Positions 24,826 through 35,555 of a stretch of 64,000 nt of DNA are shown in pieces. How positions within the stretch are numbered: position 1 is the stretch's first letter; each line of letters opens with the position of its first letter. Below the pieces are notes generated by a model that worked only from the letters and a program-made list of their open reading frames with translations, had not been told where the DNA came from and ran no database searches. The translations under genes were made by a program, and so were the position numbers. Location of the stretch: assembly GCF_054482525.1 (NCBI RefSeq), contig NZ_CM137006.1, one strand, 5' to 3'.

Positions 24826-25974
24826 ATGAGTCTGAAAGAAAAAACACAATCTCTGTTTGCCAACGCATTTGGCTACCCTGCCACTCACACCATTCAGGCG
24901 CCTGGCCGCGTGAATTTGATTGGTGAACACACCGACTACAACGACGGTTTCGTTCTGCCCTGCGCGATTGATTATCAAACCGTGATCAGTTGTGCACCAC
25001 GCGATGACCGTAAAGTTCGCGTGATGGCAGCCGATTATGAAAATCAGCTCGACGAGTTTTCCCTCGATGCGCCCATTGTCGCACATGAAAGCTATCAATG
25101 GGCTAACTACGTTCGTGGCGTGGTGAAACATCTGCAACTGCGTAACAATAGCTTCGGCGGCGTGGACATGGTGATCAGCGGCAATGTGCCGCAGGGTGCC
25201 GGGTTAAGTTCTTCCGCTTCACTGGAAGTCGCGGTCGGAACCGTATTGCAGCAGCTTTATCATTTGCCGCTGGACGGCGCACAAATCGCGCTTAACGGTC
25301 AGGAAGCAGAAAACCAGTTTGTTGGCTGTAACTGCGGGATCATGGATCAGCTAATTTCCGCACTCGGCAAGAAAGATCATGCCTTGCTGATTGACTGCCG
25401 CTCACTGGGGACTAAAGCAGTTTCCATGCCGAAAGGTGTGGCTGTCGTCATCATTAACAGTAACTTCAAACGTACCCTGGTTGGCAGCGAATACAACACC
25501 CGTCGTGAACAGTGCGAAACTGGTGCGCGTTTCTTCCAGCAGCCAGCGCTGCGCGATGTCACCATTGAAGAGTTCAACGCTGTTGCGCATGAACTGGACC
25601 CGATCGTGGCAAAACGCGTGCGTCATATACTGACTGAAAACGCCCGCACCGTTGAAGCTGCCAGTGCGCTGGAGCAAGGCGACCTGAAACGTATGGGCGA
25701 GTTGATGGCGGAGTCTCATGCCTCTATGCGCGATGATTTCGAAATCACCGTGCCGCAAATTGACACTCTGGTAGAAATCGTCAAAGCTGTGATTGGCGAC
25801 AAAGGTGGCGTACGCATGACCGGCGGCGGATTTGGCGGCTGTATCGTCGCGCTGATCCCGGAAGAGCTGGTGCCTGCCGTACAGCAAGCTGTCGCTGAAC
25901 AATATGAAGCAAAAACAGGTATTAAAGAGACTTTTTACGTTTGTAAACCATCACAAGGAGCAGGACAGTGCTGA
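24826..25974 (+). CDS. galK: Galactokinase
   Basis: 382 aa [45 protein letters not shown] (GHMP kinase). Confidence 0.96.
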   Translation: MSLKEKTQSLFANAFGYPATHTIQAPGRVNLIGEHTDYNDGFVLPCAIDYQTVISCAPRDDRKVRVMAADYENQLDEFSLDAPIVAHESYQWANYVRGVVKHLQLRNNSFGGVDMVISGNVPQGAGLSSSASLEVAVGTVLQQLYHLPLDGAQIALNGQEAENQFVGCNCGIMDQLISALGKKDHALLIDCRSLGTKAVSMPKGVAVVIINSNFKRTLVGSEYNTRREQCETGARFFQQPALRDVTIEEFNAVAHELDPIVAKRVRHILTENARTVEAASALEQGDLKRMGELMAESHASMRDDFEITVPQIDTLVEIVKAVIGDKGGVRMTGGGFGGCIVALIPEELVPAVQQAVAEQYEAKTGIKETFYVCKPSQGAGQC

Positions 25975-27008
25975 ACGAAACTCCCGCACTGGCACCCGAT
26001 GGTCAGCCGTACCGACTGTTAACTTTGCGTAACAACGCAGGGATGGTAGTCACGCTGATGGACTGGGGTGCGACTTTACTTTCCGCCCGTATTCCGCTTT
26101 CCGATGGCAGCGTCCGCGAGGCGCTGCTCGGCTGTGCCAGCCCGGAATGCTATCAGGATCAGGCCGCATTTCTGGGGGCCTCTATTGGTCGTTATGCCAA
26201 CCGTATCGCCAATAGCCGTTATACCTTTGACGGTGAAACCGTGACGCTTTCGCCAAGTCAGGGCGTTAACCAGCTGCACGGCGGCCCGGAAGGGTTCGAC
26301 AAACGTCGCTGGCAGATTGTGAACCAGAACGATCGTCAGGTGCTGTTTGCCCTGAGTTCAGATGATGGCGATCAGGGCTTCCCGGGTAATCTCGGCGCGA
26401 CGGTGCAATATCGTCTGACCGACGATAACCGTATCTCCATTACTTATCGCGCCACAGTTGATAAACCTTGCCCGGTGAATATGACTAATCACGTCTATTT
26501 CAATCTTGACGGCGAGCAGTCTGACGTGCGCAATCACAAGTTGCAGATTCTGGCGGACGAATATCTGCCGGTTGATGAAGGCGGCATTCCGCACGACGGC
26601 CTGAAATCTGTCGCCGGAACGTCTTTTGATTTCCGCAGCGCCAAAATCATCGCCAGTGAGTTTCTTGCCGACGACGATCAGCGCAAAGTGAAAGGTTACG
26701 ATCACGCGTTCTTGTTACAGGCCAAAGGCGATGGCAAGAAAGTGGCGGCGCATGTCTGGTCAGCAGATGAAAAATTGCAGCTGAAGGTCTACACCACCGC
26801 TCCGGCTCTGCAATTCTACTCCGGCAACTTCCTCGGCGGCACACCGTCGCGGGGAACCGAACCTTACGCCGACTGGCAAGGGCTGGCTCTGGAAAGCGAA
26901 TTTCTGCCGGACAGCCCGAACCACCCTGAATGGCCGCAACCAGACTGCTTCCTGCGTCCTGGCGAAGAGTATTCCAGCCTGACGGAATATCAGTTTATTG
27001 CTCAGTAA
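25968..27008 (+). CDS. galM: Aldose 1-epimerase (galactose mutarotase)
   Basis: 346 aa ORF overlapping galK end; [39 protein letters not shown]. Confidence 0.95.
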   Translation: MLNETPALAPDGQPYRLLTLRNNAGMVVTLMDWGATLLSARIPLSDGSVREALLGCASPECYQDQAAFLGASIGRYANRIANSRYTFDGETVTLSPSQGVNQLHGGPEGFDKRRWQIVNQNDRQVLFALSSDDGDQGFPGNLGATVQYRLTDDNRISITYRATVDKPCPVNMTNHVYFNLDGEQSDVRNHKLQILADEYLPVDEGGIPHDGLKSVAGTSFDFRSAKIIASEFLADDDQRKVKGYDHAFLLQAKGDGKKVAAHVWSADEKLQLKVYTTAPALQFYSGNFLGGTPSRGTEPYADWQGLALESEFLPDSPNHPEWPQPDCFLRPGEEYSSLTEYQFIAQ

Positions 27009-27012
27009 TGTT

Positions 27013-27035
27013 AAGCCCTCGTCATGAGGGCTTTA
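27013..27035 (+). terminator. Putative terminator after galM
   Basis: Hairpin aagccctcgtcatgagggctt followed by weak T tract. Confidence 0.4.
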
Positions 27036-27210
27036 TCCTCATATTGTTCAAATCACCAGCAAACACCGACATATTTGCAACTCAATATTCACAACAACCT
27101 TACACTGCGACACTATTTTCGCTATGGTTATGCGTAAGCATTGCTGTTGCTTCGTCACGGCAATATAATGAGAATTATTATCATTAAAAGATGATTTGAG
27201 GAGTAAGTAT

Positions 27211-27963
27211 ATGGCTGTAACTAAGCTGGTTCTGGTTCGTCATGGCGAAAGTCAGTGGAACAAAGAAAACCGTTTCACCGGTTGGTACGACGTGGATCTG
27301 TCTGAGAAAGGCGTAAGCGAAGCAAAAGCAGCAGGTAAGCTGCTGAAAGAGGAAGGTTACAGCTTTGACTTTGCTTACACCTCTGTGCTGAAACGCGCTA
27401 TTCATACCCTGTGGAATGTGCTGGACGAACTGGATCAGGCATGGCTGCCCGTTGAGAAATCCTGGAAACTGAACGAACGTCACTACGGTGCGTTGCAGGG
27501 TCTGAACAAAGCAGAAACTGCTGAAAAGTATGGCGACGAGCAGGTAAAACAGTGGCGTCGTGGTTTTGCAGTGACTCCGCCGGAACTGACTAAAGATGAT
27601 GAGCGTTATCCGGGTCACGATCCACGTTACGCGAAGCTGAGCGAGAAAGAACTGCCACTGACGGAAAGCCTGGCGCTGACCATTGACCGCGTGATCCCTT
27701 ACTGGAATGAAACCATTCTGCCGCGTATGAAGAGCGGTGAGCGCGTAATCATCGCCGCACACGGTAACTCGTTACGTGCGCTGGTGAAATATCTCGATAA
27801 CATGAGCGAAGAAGAGATTCTTGAGCTGAATATCCCGACTGGTGTGCCACTGGTGTATGAGTTCGACGAGAATTTCAAACCGTTGAAACGCTATTATCTG
27901 GGTAATGCTGACGAGATCGCGGCGAAAGCAGCAGCCGTTGCGAACCAGGGTAAAGCGAAGTAA
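27211..27963 (+). CDS. gpmA: 2,3-bisphosphoglycerate-dependent phosphoglycerate mutase
   Basis: ORF 27196..27963; start [25 protein letters not shown] at 27211 (250 aa), catalytic RHGES motif. Confidence 0.96.
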
Positions 27964-27987
27964 ACGTCATTCGTTTAAAAATGAGAA

Positions 27988-28016
27988 AGCCGACTGCAAG
28001 TGAGTCGGCTTTTTTG
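27988..28016 (+). terminator. Rho-independent terminator after gpmA
   Basis: agccgactgcaagtgagtcggct hairpin followed by tttttgtttg. Confidence 0.8.
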
Positions 28017-28043
28017 TTTGTCGTTGCTAACAATGGAGCACAT

Positions 28044-28120
28044 TGCCTGATGCGACGCTGCGCGTCTTGTCAGGGCTACGGTGATTCATCGGATACGCCA
28101 CTCTGACGGCGCATCCGACA
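28044..28120. repeat. REP/BIME element between convergent gpmA and aroG
   Basis: gcctgatgcgacgctgcgcgtcttgtcagggctac and cggatacgccactctgacggcgcatccgac REP-like units. Confidence 0.7.
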
Positions 28121-28128
28121 ATTAAACC

Positions 28129-29181
28129 TTACCCGCGACGCGCTTTTACTGCATTCGCCAGTTGACGTAACAGAGCATCGGTATCTTCCCAGCCGATGCA
28201 GGCATCAGTGATGCTCTTACCGTAGGCCAGCGGCTCCCCGCTCTCGAGGCTCTGATTGCCTTCCACCAGATGGCTTTCCACCATCACGCCAATAATGGCC
28301 TTTTCGCCACCGGCAATCTGCTGGCAAACGTCAGCACAAACATCCATCTGCTTTTTGAATTGTTTTGACGAGTTAGCATGGCTGAAATCGATCATCACCT
28401 GTGCTGGCAGGCCTGCTTTATTCAGCCCTTCTTTCACTTCAGCAACGTGCTTCGCGCTGTAGTTAGGCTCTTTACCGCCGCGCAGAATGATATGGCAATC
28501 GCCGTTACCGCTGGTATTCACAATCGCCGAATGCCCCCATTTCGTTACGGACAGGAAGCAGTGCGGCGCACCGGCGGCATTAATGGCATCGATAGCCACT
28601 TTAATCGTACCGTCGGTGCCATTTTTGAAGCCGACCGGACAAGAAAGCCCTGATGCCAGTTCGCGGTGCACCTGCGATTCGGTGGTACGTGCGCCAATTG
28701 CGCCCCAGCTCATCAGGTCAGCGAGATATTGTGGGGTGATCATATCCAGGAATTCACCCGCCGCTGGCAGACCGCTGTCGTTAATATCGAGCAGCAATTT
28801 GCGGGCAATACGCAGACCATCGTTGATCTGGAAGCTGTTATCCATATGCGGATCGTTAATCAGCCCTTTCCAGCCCACCGTGGTACGCGGCTTTTCAAAA
28901 TAGACGCGCATCACAATTTCCAGCTCATCTTGCAGCTCTTCACGCAGCGTCAGCAAGCGAGTGGCATACTCTTTAGCCGCGACAGGATCATGAATTGAGC
29001 ACGGACCAATCACCACCAACAGGCGATCATCATTACCTTTCAGGATCTTATGGATCGCTTTTCGGGCATGGGCGACCGTATTCGCGGCATTTTCAGTAGC
29101 GGGGAATTTTTCCAGCAATGCGACAGGAGGAAGTAACTCTTTGATTTCTTTGATGCGTAAATCGTCGTTCTGATAATTCAT
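28129..29181 (-). CDS. aroG: Phe-sensitive DAHP synthase
   Basis: 350 aa MNYQNDDLRIKEIKELLPPVALLEKFPATENAANTVAHARKAIHKILKG. Confidence 0.96.
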   Translation of the reverse strand: MNYQNDDLRIKEIKELLPPVALLEKFPATENAANTVAHARKAIHKILKGNDDRLLVVIGPCSIHDPVAAKEYATRLLTLREELQDELEIVMRVYFEKPRTTVGWKGLINDPHMDNSFQINDGLRIARKLLLDINDSGLPAAGEFLDMITPQYLADLMSWGAIGARTTESQVHRELASGLSCPVGFKNGTDGTIKVAIDAINAAGAPHCFLSVTKWGHSAIVNTSGNGDCHIILRGGKEPNYSAKHVAEVKEGLNKAGLPAQVMIDFSHANSSKQFKKQMDVCADVCQQIAGGEKAIIGVMVESHLVEGNQSLESGEPLAYGKSITDACIGWEDTDALLRQLANAVKARRG

Positions 29182-29251
29182 GTCTGTTCCAGTGTTGCCA
29201 TACTTATCTTAGTGAATGCAATACTTCCAATCTATATCTTCCGTCAGAATG

Positions 29252-29269
29252 TGTAAACGGGGTTTTACA
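29252..29269. promoter_or_regulatory. TyrR box upstream of aroG
   Basis: tgtaaacggggttttaca = TGTAAA-N6-TTTACA, ~70 bp upstream of aroG start. Confidence 0.7.
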
Positions 29270-29496
29270 CTATGAACGGATTAATCCTGGAATTAGCAAG
29301 AAAAACGCCAGATTGTCGCGAAAAACGAGATCTCTCCTACAATTTCTAACTGTAACTCCTTTGTTTGTTAATTATTTCAAGATTCTCTGCTGGGTATCTT
29401 TGCCTGGCTGAAATCTTAAACCATTGCCTTATATTCACCTGCAAATGCACTGTTGGAAGAGGTTATCCGACATAACGACCATAACAGGAGCATCCT

Positions 29497-29877
29497 ATGA
29501 AAATGACAAAACTGGCCACACTATTTTTGACTGCCACTCTAAGCCTTGCCAGCGGTGCCGCACTGGCTGCCGATAGCGGAGCGCAAAGCAATAACGGCCA
29601 GGCAAACGCCGCAGCTGATGCGGGCCAGGTAGCCCCTGATGCCCGTGAAAATGTCGCGCCAAATAACGTCGACAATAACGGGGTAAATACCGGTTCTGGC
29701 GGCACAATGCTGCATCCGGATGGTTCTTCAATGAACAATGACGGCATGACCAAAGATGAAGAGCACAAGAACACCATGTGCAAAGATGGTCGCTGCCCGG
29801 ATATCAATAAAAAAGTCCAAACCGGTGATGGCATCAACAATGATGTCGATACCAAAACCGACGGTACCACGCAGTAA
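29497..29877 (+). CDS. ybgS: Secreted small protein YbgS
   Basis: 126 aa with signal peptide [24 protein letters not shown], low-complexity N/G/D-rich mature part. Confidence 0.85.
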   Translation: MKMTKLATLFLTATLSLASGAALAADSGAQSNNGQANAAADAGQVAPDARENVAPNNVDNNGVNTGSGGTMLHPDGSSMNNDGMTKDEEHKNTMCKDGRCPDINKKVQTGDGINNDVDTKTDGTTQ

Positions 29878-29898
29878 CCCTGCGAAATAGCCAATAAT

Positions 29899-29929
29899 GG
29901 GAGAGCGGAGTCTCTCCCTTTTAATTTTT
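29899..29929 (+). terminator. Rho-independent terminator after ybgS
   Basis: gggagagcggagtctctccc hairpin followed by ttttaattttt. Confidence 0.75.
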
Positions 29930-29990
29930 CCCTTCTAAAAGCAGTATGATGTCATAAAGTTAAGTGAGAATAATTAAGGGATGACTCGTC

Positions 29991-30932
29991 ATGGCGCACT
30001 CACACTCACACACTTCCTCACACCTGCCAGAAGATAATAATGCTCGTCGCTTGTTGTATGCTTTCGGCGTGACTGCCGGGTTTATGCTCGTAGAAGTCAT
30101 TGGTGGTTTTCTTTCCGGTTCTCTGGCATTGCTGGCCGATGCGGGTCATATGTTGACCGATACTGCCGCCCTGCTTTTCGCCCTACTCGCAGTGCAATTT
30201 TCCCGTCGTCCTCCCACCATTCGCCACACTTTCGGTTGGCTAAGATTGACCACGCTCGCGGCGTTTGTGAATGCCATCACCCTGGTGGTGATTACTATTT
30301 TGATTGTCTGGGAGGCGATAGAACGCTTCCGCACTCCGCGTCCGGTCGAGGGCGGCATGATGATGGCAATTGCCGTGGCTGGGCTGCTGGCAAATATACT
30401 TTCTTTCTGGTTACTTCATCACGGCAGCGAAGAGAAAAACCTCAACGTGCGAGCAGCGGCACTGCATGTGCTCGGGGACCTGCTGGGTTCGGTTGGGGCT
30501 ATTATTGCCGCGTTGATTATTATCTGGACCGGCTGGACACCTGCTGACCCCATTCTCTCAATACTGGTGTCGCTTCTGGTTCTGCGTAGCGCGTGGCGAC
30601 TGTTGAAAGATAGCGTGAATGAATTACTTGAAGGTGCACCGGTATCGCTGGATATCGCCGAACTGAAGCGTCGTATGTGCCGGGAAATCCCGGAAGTCCG
30701 CAATGTGCACCATGTACATGTATGGATGGTAGGCGAGAAGCCGGTGATGACGCTGCATGTGCAGGTGATCCCGCCACACGATCACGATGCCTTGTTAGAT
30801 CAGATCCAACACTACCTGATGGATCACTATCAGATTGAGCACGCCACTATTCAGATGGAATATCAACCTTGTCATGGGCCAGACTGCCACCTGAATGAAG
30901 GGGTGTCTGGCCATTCACATCATCACCATTAA
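29991..30932 (+). CDS. zitB: Zn(II) efflux transporter, cation diffusion facilitator family
   Basis: 313 aa [39 protein letters not shown], His-rich termini (C-terminal HSHHHH). Confidence 0.93.
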   Translation: MAHSHSHTSSHLPEDNNARRLLYAFGVTAGFMLVEVIGGFLSGSLALLADAGHMLTDTAALLFALLAVQFSRRPPTIRHTFGWLRLTTLAAFVNAITLVVITILIVWEAIERFRTPRPVEGGMMMAIAVAGLLANILSFWLLHHGSEEKNLNVRAAALHVLGDLLGSVGAIIAALIIIWTGWTPADPILSILVSLLVLRSAWRLLKDSVNELLEGAPVSLDIAELKRRMCREIPEVRNVHHVHVWMVGEKPVMTLHVQVIPPHDHDALLDQIQHYLMDHYQIEHATIQMEYQPCHGPDCHLNEGVSGHSHHHH

Positions 30933-31648
30933 TGGGACAGCGCGCGTGAACCTCTTTCGCGTGCGCTGTTGATCCACATCCGGCTGCCGTTGAGGGCAAT
31001 AAAGGTCAGGATGATGTACTCCAGAGACATGGCGTAAACGCCCTGAAGTGCAAAAATAACGACGCTAATCACGTTAATAATCACCCACAACAGCCAGTTT
31101 TCCACATACTTACGCGTCATCAGAATCATTGCCACGATAGATAACACCATCATGCAGGAATCCCAGAACGGGAAAGCGTCCGGTTGCAGTTCAGGCATCA
31201 CAACCTGTAATCCTAATGCTTGCATGATCATGACTGCCACGCGGGTCAAAAATGCAAACACCGGATTGATAAATACCGTCATCAGACCAATCGAAACAAC
31301 GCAAACCGCCAACCAGCTTAGCGCCTTCGGCAATGGCAACCAGCGAATTTTCAACTCCGCCTCGTTCTGACTGGTTTGTCGCGACCACGCATACCAACCG
31401 TAAATATTCGCGGCAAAGAAAAACACCTGTAATAGCAGGCTGGCATACAGCTGAATCTGAAAGAAAATAATGCCAAACAAGGTGACGTTGATCAGGCCAA
31501 AGAAGTAGTTGCTGATCTTCTCCAGACTGGCAAGGCCAATACACAGCAACCCGGCGATCGTGCCTACCGCTTCGATCCATGAGAGATCATAACCGCCTGC
31601 TCCTATTGGTATATGTACCAGGATATTCTGCACACTAAAAAAATCCAT
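30929..31648 (-). CDS. pnuC: Nicotinamide riboside transporter
   Basis: 239 aa hydrophobic [40 protein letters not shown], immediately downstream of nadA. Confidence 0.93.
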   Translation of the reverse strand: MDFFSVQNILVHIPIGAGGYDLSWIEAVGTIAGLLCIGLASLEKISNYFFGLINVTLFGIIFFQIQLYASLLLQVFFFAANIYGWYAWSRQTSQNEAELKIRWLPLPKALSWLAVCVVSIGLMTVFINPVFAFLTRVAVMIMQALGLQVVMPELQPDAFPFWDSCMMVLSIVAMILMTRKYVENWLLWVIINVISVVIFALQGVYAMSLEYIILTFIALNGSRMWINSARERGSRALSH

Positions 31649-31685
31649 CTTTCCCCCAAAGCGTAACGTTACGCCTTATTATTCG

Positions 31686-32729
31686 TTATCCACGTAGTGT
31701 AGCCGCAAAATCCAGCATACGATTGAGCGGCACCAGCGCCCTCTCTCGCAGCCTTTCATCAACATGAACCTCGTGATTGCTTCCTTCCTGTTCTAATGCC
31801 TCTGCGATGGCCTGAAGGCCATTCATGGCCATCCACGGACAATGCGCGCAGCTGCGGCAGGTTGCACCCTCACCTGCGGTTGGTGCTTCCAGTAACTCTT
31901 TATCTGGCACCGCCTGCTGCATTTTGTAGAAAATACCCCGATCGGTTGCCACAATAAGCCTCTGATGTGGCAATGTTTTCGCAGCAGCGATCAGTTGACT
32001 GGTGGAACCGACCGCATCCGCCATATCGACAATAGCTTGTGGTGATTCTGGATGCACCAGTATGGCAGCATCCGGGTATTCTTCTTGCAAGCGGGTTAAC
32101 GCCTGAGTCTTAAATTCATCATGCACAATGCAGGCACCCTGCCAGCATAAAATGTCTGCGCCCGTCTGTTTTTGCACGTAACGCCCCAGATGTTTGTCGG
32201 GAGCCCAGATGATTTTTTCACCCAAACTATCCAGATGATCAATAAGTTCGACGGCAATGCTTGAAGTTACCACCCAATCTGCCCGCGCTTTTACCGCAGC
32301 AGAAGTGTTGGCGTAGACGACGACAGTATGATCGGGATGGGCATCGCAAAATGCGTTAAATTCTTCAACTGGGCAGCCGAGATCCAGTGAACATTCAGCC
32401 TGAAGTGTCGGCATCAGAATTGTTTTTTCCGGACTGAGAATTTTGGCGGTTTCTCCCATAAATCTCACCCCAGCGACTAACAACGTAGAAGCGGGATGCT
32501 TTGCACCGAAGCGCGCCATTTCCAGAGAATCAGAAATACAGCCACCGGTTTCTTCTGCCAGTTGTTGAATTTCGGGATCGGTATAGTAATGGGCAACCAT
32601 CACCGCATTACGTTCTTTTAGCAGACGTTTTATCTTCTCGCGGTAATACGCTTTTTCATCAATGCTTAACGGCGTCGGCTTCGGGGGGAAAGGATAAATC
32701 GCCGTGTCTGGATCAAACATCACGCTCAT
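31686..32729 (-). CDS. nadA: Quinolinate synthase A
   Basis: 347 aa [51 protein letters not shown]. Confidence 0.95.
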   Translation of the reverse strand: MSVMFDPDTAIYPFPPKPTPLSIDEKAYYREKIKRLLKERNAVMVAHYYTDPEIQQLAEETGGCISDSLEMARFGAKHPASTLLVAGVRFMGETAKILSPEKTILMPTLQAECSLDLGCPVEEFNAFCDAHPDHTVVVYANTSAAVKARADWVVTSSIAVELIDHLDSLGEKIIWAPDKHLGRYVQKQTGADILCWQGACIVHDEFKTQALTRLQEEYPDAAILVHPESPQAIVDMADAVGSTSQLIAAAKTLPHQRLIVATDRGIFYKMQQAVPDKELLEAPTAGEGATCRSCAHCPWMAMNGLQAIAEALEQEGSNHEVHVDERLRERALVPLNRMLDFAATLRG

Positions 32730-32784
32730 CTTACCATCTCGTTTTACAGGCTTAACGTTAAAACCGACATGAGCGTAATATTCG

Positions 32785-32818
32785 CTGTTATCGGTGTAAT
32801 TTGTTTTATATGCTAAAC
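32785..32818. promoter_or_regulatory. Candidate NadR operator (NAD box) in nadA promoter
   Basis: Inverted repeat tgtt...tgttttatatgctaaaca upstream of nadA; spacing not checked against the consensus. Confidence 0.3.
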
Positions 32819-32945
32819 AAGATAGTCGAATGGTGGGGAAAAGTCACTCGAATTACGCCTAATTCCACCGACGTAGAGTTGCTTGCAAAGTAAGCTCTGA
32901 AGATGTCATCAGGTTACAAAGTGAAATTGAGGATGCCTGAATAGC

Positions 32946-32971
32946 AAAAAAGCGCCTTTAGGGCGCTTTTT
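32946..32971 (-). terminator. Intrinsic terminator, distal duplicate copy at end of tRNA operon
   Basis: aaaaaagcgcctttagggcgctttttt; palindromic hairpin with flanking A/T tracts. Confidence 0.7.
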
Positions 32972-32976
32972 TACAT

Positions 32977-33094
32977 TGGTGGGTCGTGCAGGATGACTCG
33001 CTTCGCTCGCCCTTCGGGCCGTCGCCGCGAGCGGCTCCGTTGTTTCGCTGCGCTCAACTCGAACCTGCTGCAGGTTCGAATCTTTGAGTATCGC
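32977..33094 (-). repeat. Truncated tRNA-Lys 3-prime fragment (17 nt) fused to structured spacer element, copy A
   Basis: tggtgggtcgtgcagga (identical to tRNA-Lys 3-prime end) then tgactcgcttcgctcgcccttcgggccg...; also contains T-arm-like gcaggttcgaatc. Confidence 0.7.
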
Positions 33095-33101
33095 AGATAG
33101 C

Positions 33102-33127
33102 AAAAAAGCGCCTTTAGGGCGCTTTTT
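33102..33127 (-). terminator. Intrinsic terminator immediately 3-prime of lysQ
   Basis: Same sequence as 32946-32971, directly following the last tRNA of the operon. Confidence 0.75.
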
Positions 33128-33132
33128 TACAT

Positions 33133-33208
33133 TGGTGGGTCGTGCAGGATTCGAACCTGCGACCAATTGATTAAAAGTCAACTGCTCTACCAACTGAGCT
33201 AACGACCC
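33133..33208 (-). tRNA. lysQ: tRNA-Lys (UUU)
   Basis: 76 nt; reverse complement gggtcgttagctcagttggtagagcagttgacttttaatcaattggtcgcaggttcgaatcctgcacgacccacca with genomic CCA. Confidence 0.95.
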
Positions 33209-33241
33209 CTTGCGGGATTATGCTGCTTTAATCATTCAGGA

Positions 33242-33317
33242 TGGTGGGTCGTGCAGGATTCGAACCTGCGACCAATTGATTAAAAGTCAACTGCTCTACC
33301 AACTGAGCTAACGACCC
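33242..33317 (-). tRNA. lysZ: tRNA-Lys (UUU)
   Basis: Identical 76-nt tRNA-Lys sequence. Confidence 0.95.
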
Positions 33318-33365
33318 ATACGGGTGTTACCTGAAAGATTTCTACTCGGAACCAATCTTTAAAAT

Positions 33366-33463
33366 TGGTGGGTCGTGCAGGATGACTCGCTTCGCTCGCC
33401 CTACGGGCCGTTGCTAGCGCAACGTTATCCTTCACGCTTAACATCTGAGTTTGATGTTAAAAT
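33366..33463 (-). repeat. Truncated tRNA-Lys 3-prime fragment fused to spacer element, copy B
   Basis: tggtgggtcgtgcaggatgactcgcttcgctcgccctacgggccgttgctagcgcaacgttatccttcacg... Confidence 0.7.
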
Positions 33464-33539
33464 TGGTGGGTCGTGCAGGATTCGAACCTGCGACCAATTG
33501 ATTAAAAGTCAACTGCTCTACCAACTGAGCTAACGACCC
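33464..33539 (-). tRNA. lysY: tRNA-Lys (UUU)
   Basis: Identical 76-nt tRNA-Lys sequence. Confidence 0.95.
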
Positions 33540-33542
33540 GAG

Positions 33543-33618
33543 TGGTGGGTGATGACGGGATCGAACCGCCGACCCCCTCCTTGTAAGGGAGGTGCTCTCC
33601 CAGCTGAGCTAATCACCC
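33543..33618 (-). tRNA. valZ: tRNA-Val (UAC)
   Basis: 76 nt; reverse complement gggtgattagctcagctgggagagcacctcccttacaaggagggggtcggcggttcgatcccgtcatcacccacca. Confidence 0.95.
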
Positions 33619-33669
33619 GATACTGCGCTGGATACTACAAACTACTTCCACCGAACCCACCGTAATTAG

Positions 33670-33745
33670 TGGTGGGTCGTGCAGGATTCGAACCTGCGAC
33701 CAATTGATTAAAAGTCAACTGCTCTACCAACTGAGCTAACGACCC
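33670..33745 (-). tRNA. lysW: tRNA-Lys (UUU)
   Basis: Identical 76-nt tRNA-Lys sequence; separated from the next tRNA-Val by 2 nt. Confidence 0.95.
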
Positions 33746-33747
33746 GG

Positions 33748-33823
33748 TGGTGGGTGATGACGGGATCGAACCGCCGACCCCCTCCTTGTAAGGGAGGTGC
33801 TCTCCCAGCTGAGCTAATCACCC
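33748..33823 (-). tRNA. valT: tRNA-Val (UAC)
   Basis: Identical 76-nt tRNA-Val sequence. Confidence 0.95.
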
Positions 33824-33858
33824 GATACTACGCTGGATACTACAACTAACTAGGTTAG

Positions 33859-33957
33859 TGGTGGGTCGTGCAGGATGACTCGACTTCGTCTCGCCCTTCG
33901 GGCCGTTGCTGACGCAACGTTATCCTTCACGTTTTACTACCGCGTCCACCTTAGCGA
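33859..33957 (-). repeat. Truncated tRNA-Lys 3-prime fragment fused to spacer element, copy C
   Basis: tggtgggtcgtgcaggatgactcgacttcgtctcgcccttcgggccgttgctgacgcaacgttatccttcacg... Confidence 0.7.
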
Positions 33958-33958
33958 T

Positions 33959-34034
33959 TGGTGGGTCGTGCAGGATTCGAACCTGCGACCAATTGATTAA
34001 AAGTCAACTGCTCTACCAACTGAGCTAACGACCC
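33959..34034 (-). tRNA. lysT: tRNA-Lys (UUU)
   Basis: Identical 76-nt tRNA-Lys sequence; first gene of the operon. Confidence 0.95.
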
Positions 34035-34077
34035 ACTTTTTCGTTGCTTTCGGTTTGTTTGATATCCCGTGGCAACG

Positions 34078-34130
34078 GCGGCATATATTACTGATTTCAG
34101 ACTTGAGCGCAACAAAAATTTCGATGTAGA
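34078..34130 (-). promoter_or_regulatory. Putative lysT tRNA operon promoter (stable-RNA type)
   Basis: On minus strand: A/T-rich UP-like cgaaatttttg, -35 ttgcgc, 16-nt spacer, -10 taatat, GC-rich discriminator gccgccg; ~45 nt upstream of lysT. Confidence 0.5.
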
Positions 34131-34198
34131 TCACTCAACTGCTTATGATTCGCACGACACGACCAGAAATAATGCGACTTCTGGTCGTGTGTTATGCA

Positions 34199-34990
34199 TT
34201 ACATCGCGTTAAGACGTTTTTGTGCCTGTTTAGCGCCATCAGTACCAGGGTATTTACTGATAACCTGCTGGTATACGGCTTTCGCTTTTGCGGTGTCACC
34301 TTTGTCCTGCATGATGACACCGACTTTAAACATCGCATCTGCAGCCTTTGGCGACTTCGGATAGTTTTTTACTACCGAAGCAAAATAGTACGCCGCATCA
34401 TCTTTTTTACCCTTGTTGTAGTTTAACTGACCCAGCCAATAATTGGCGTTTGGCAGGTAAGTTGAATCAGGGTAATTTTTGATGAAATTCTGAAATGCCA
34501 CCATTGCGTCATCCTGGCGGGATTTATCCTGCACCAGCGCAATTGCTGCATTGTAATCCGTGTTTGCATCGCCGCTTTTCACCGGCGCGCCAGCATTCGC
34601 AGTACCAGCATCAGCTGTCGGCGTCGTTGATGCCGCCGCACCGCTTTGATCACCGCTGGTTGATTGCGCCGCTGCACCACCGCTGCTGAGGCTGTCGATC
34701 TGCAACAGGATCTGCTTTTGCCGCTCCACGACCTGATTCAGTTGATACTGATTTTCCTGAATCTGACCGCGCAGGGAATCAATATCGGATTGATTATCAG
34801 AGAGTTGTTGCTGGAGTTGGGTTAAAAGCTGGCTGTGAGCATTTGAAATACGCTCAAGTTGAGTGACGCGGTCTTCGACCGAGCCTGAGCCGACACTACT
34901 GATTGGTGCCTGAGCAAAAGCGGCCCAGGGGGCCGCTATACCAACCAGTAACGACAGACTCAATAGTTGATGTCTGAAGTTACTGCTCAT
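34199..34990 (-). CDS. cpoB: Cell division coordinator CpoB (YbgF), TPR protein of the Tol-Pal system
   Basis: 263 aa, signal peptide MSSNFRHQLLSLSLLVGIAAPWAAFA, coiled-coil then TPR repeats. Confidence 0.93.
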   Translation of the reverse strand: MSSNFRHQLLSLSLLVGIAAPWAAFAQAPISSVGSGSVEDRVTQLERISNAHSQLLTQLQQQLSDNQSDIDSLRGQIQENQYQLNQVVERQKQILLQIDSLSSGGAAAQSTSGDQSGAAASTTPTADAGTANAGAPVKSGDANTDYNAAIALVQDKSRQDDAMVAFQNFIKNYPDSTYLPNANYWLGQLNYNKGKKDDAAYYFASVVKNYPKSPKAADAMFKVGVIMQDKGDTAKAKAVYQQVISKYPGTDGAKQAQKRLNAM

Positions 34991-34999
34991 GCAATTCTC

Positions 35000-35545
<546 letters not shown>

Positions 35546-35555
35546 TTAATTATTA

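Noticed and set aside
24433-25137. 234-aa minus-strand ORF
   Set aside because: Antisense to galT/galK, which are well supported on the plus strand
32909-33193. 94-aa minus-strand ORF (supplied track)
   Set aside because: Runs through tRNA-Lys, the terminator copies and the tRNA-fragment spacer; internal repeated peptide PARPTNVKKRPKGAFLL just reflects the duplicated DNA
32941-34034. Possible CRISPR array or tRNA-targeting integrative element
   Set aside because: Repeats are full tRNA genes and tRNA 3-prime fragments with variable spacing, not short regular direct repeats; no cas genes, no integrase, and flanks are core genes nadA and cpoB
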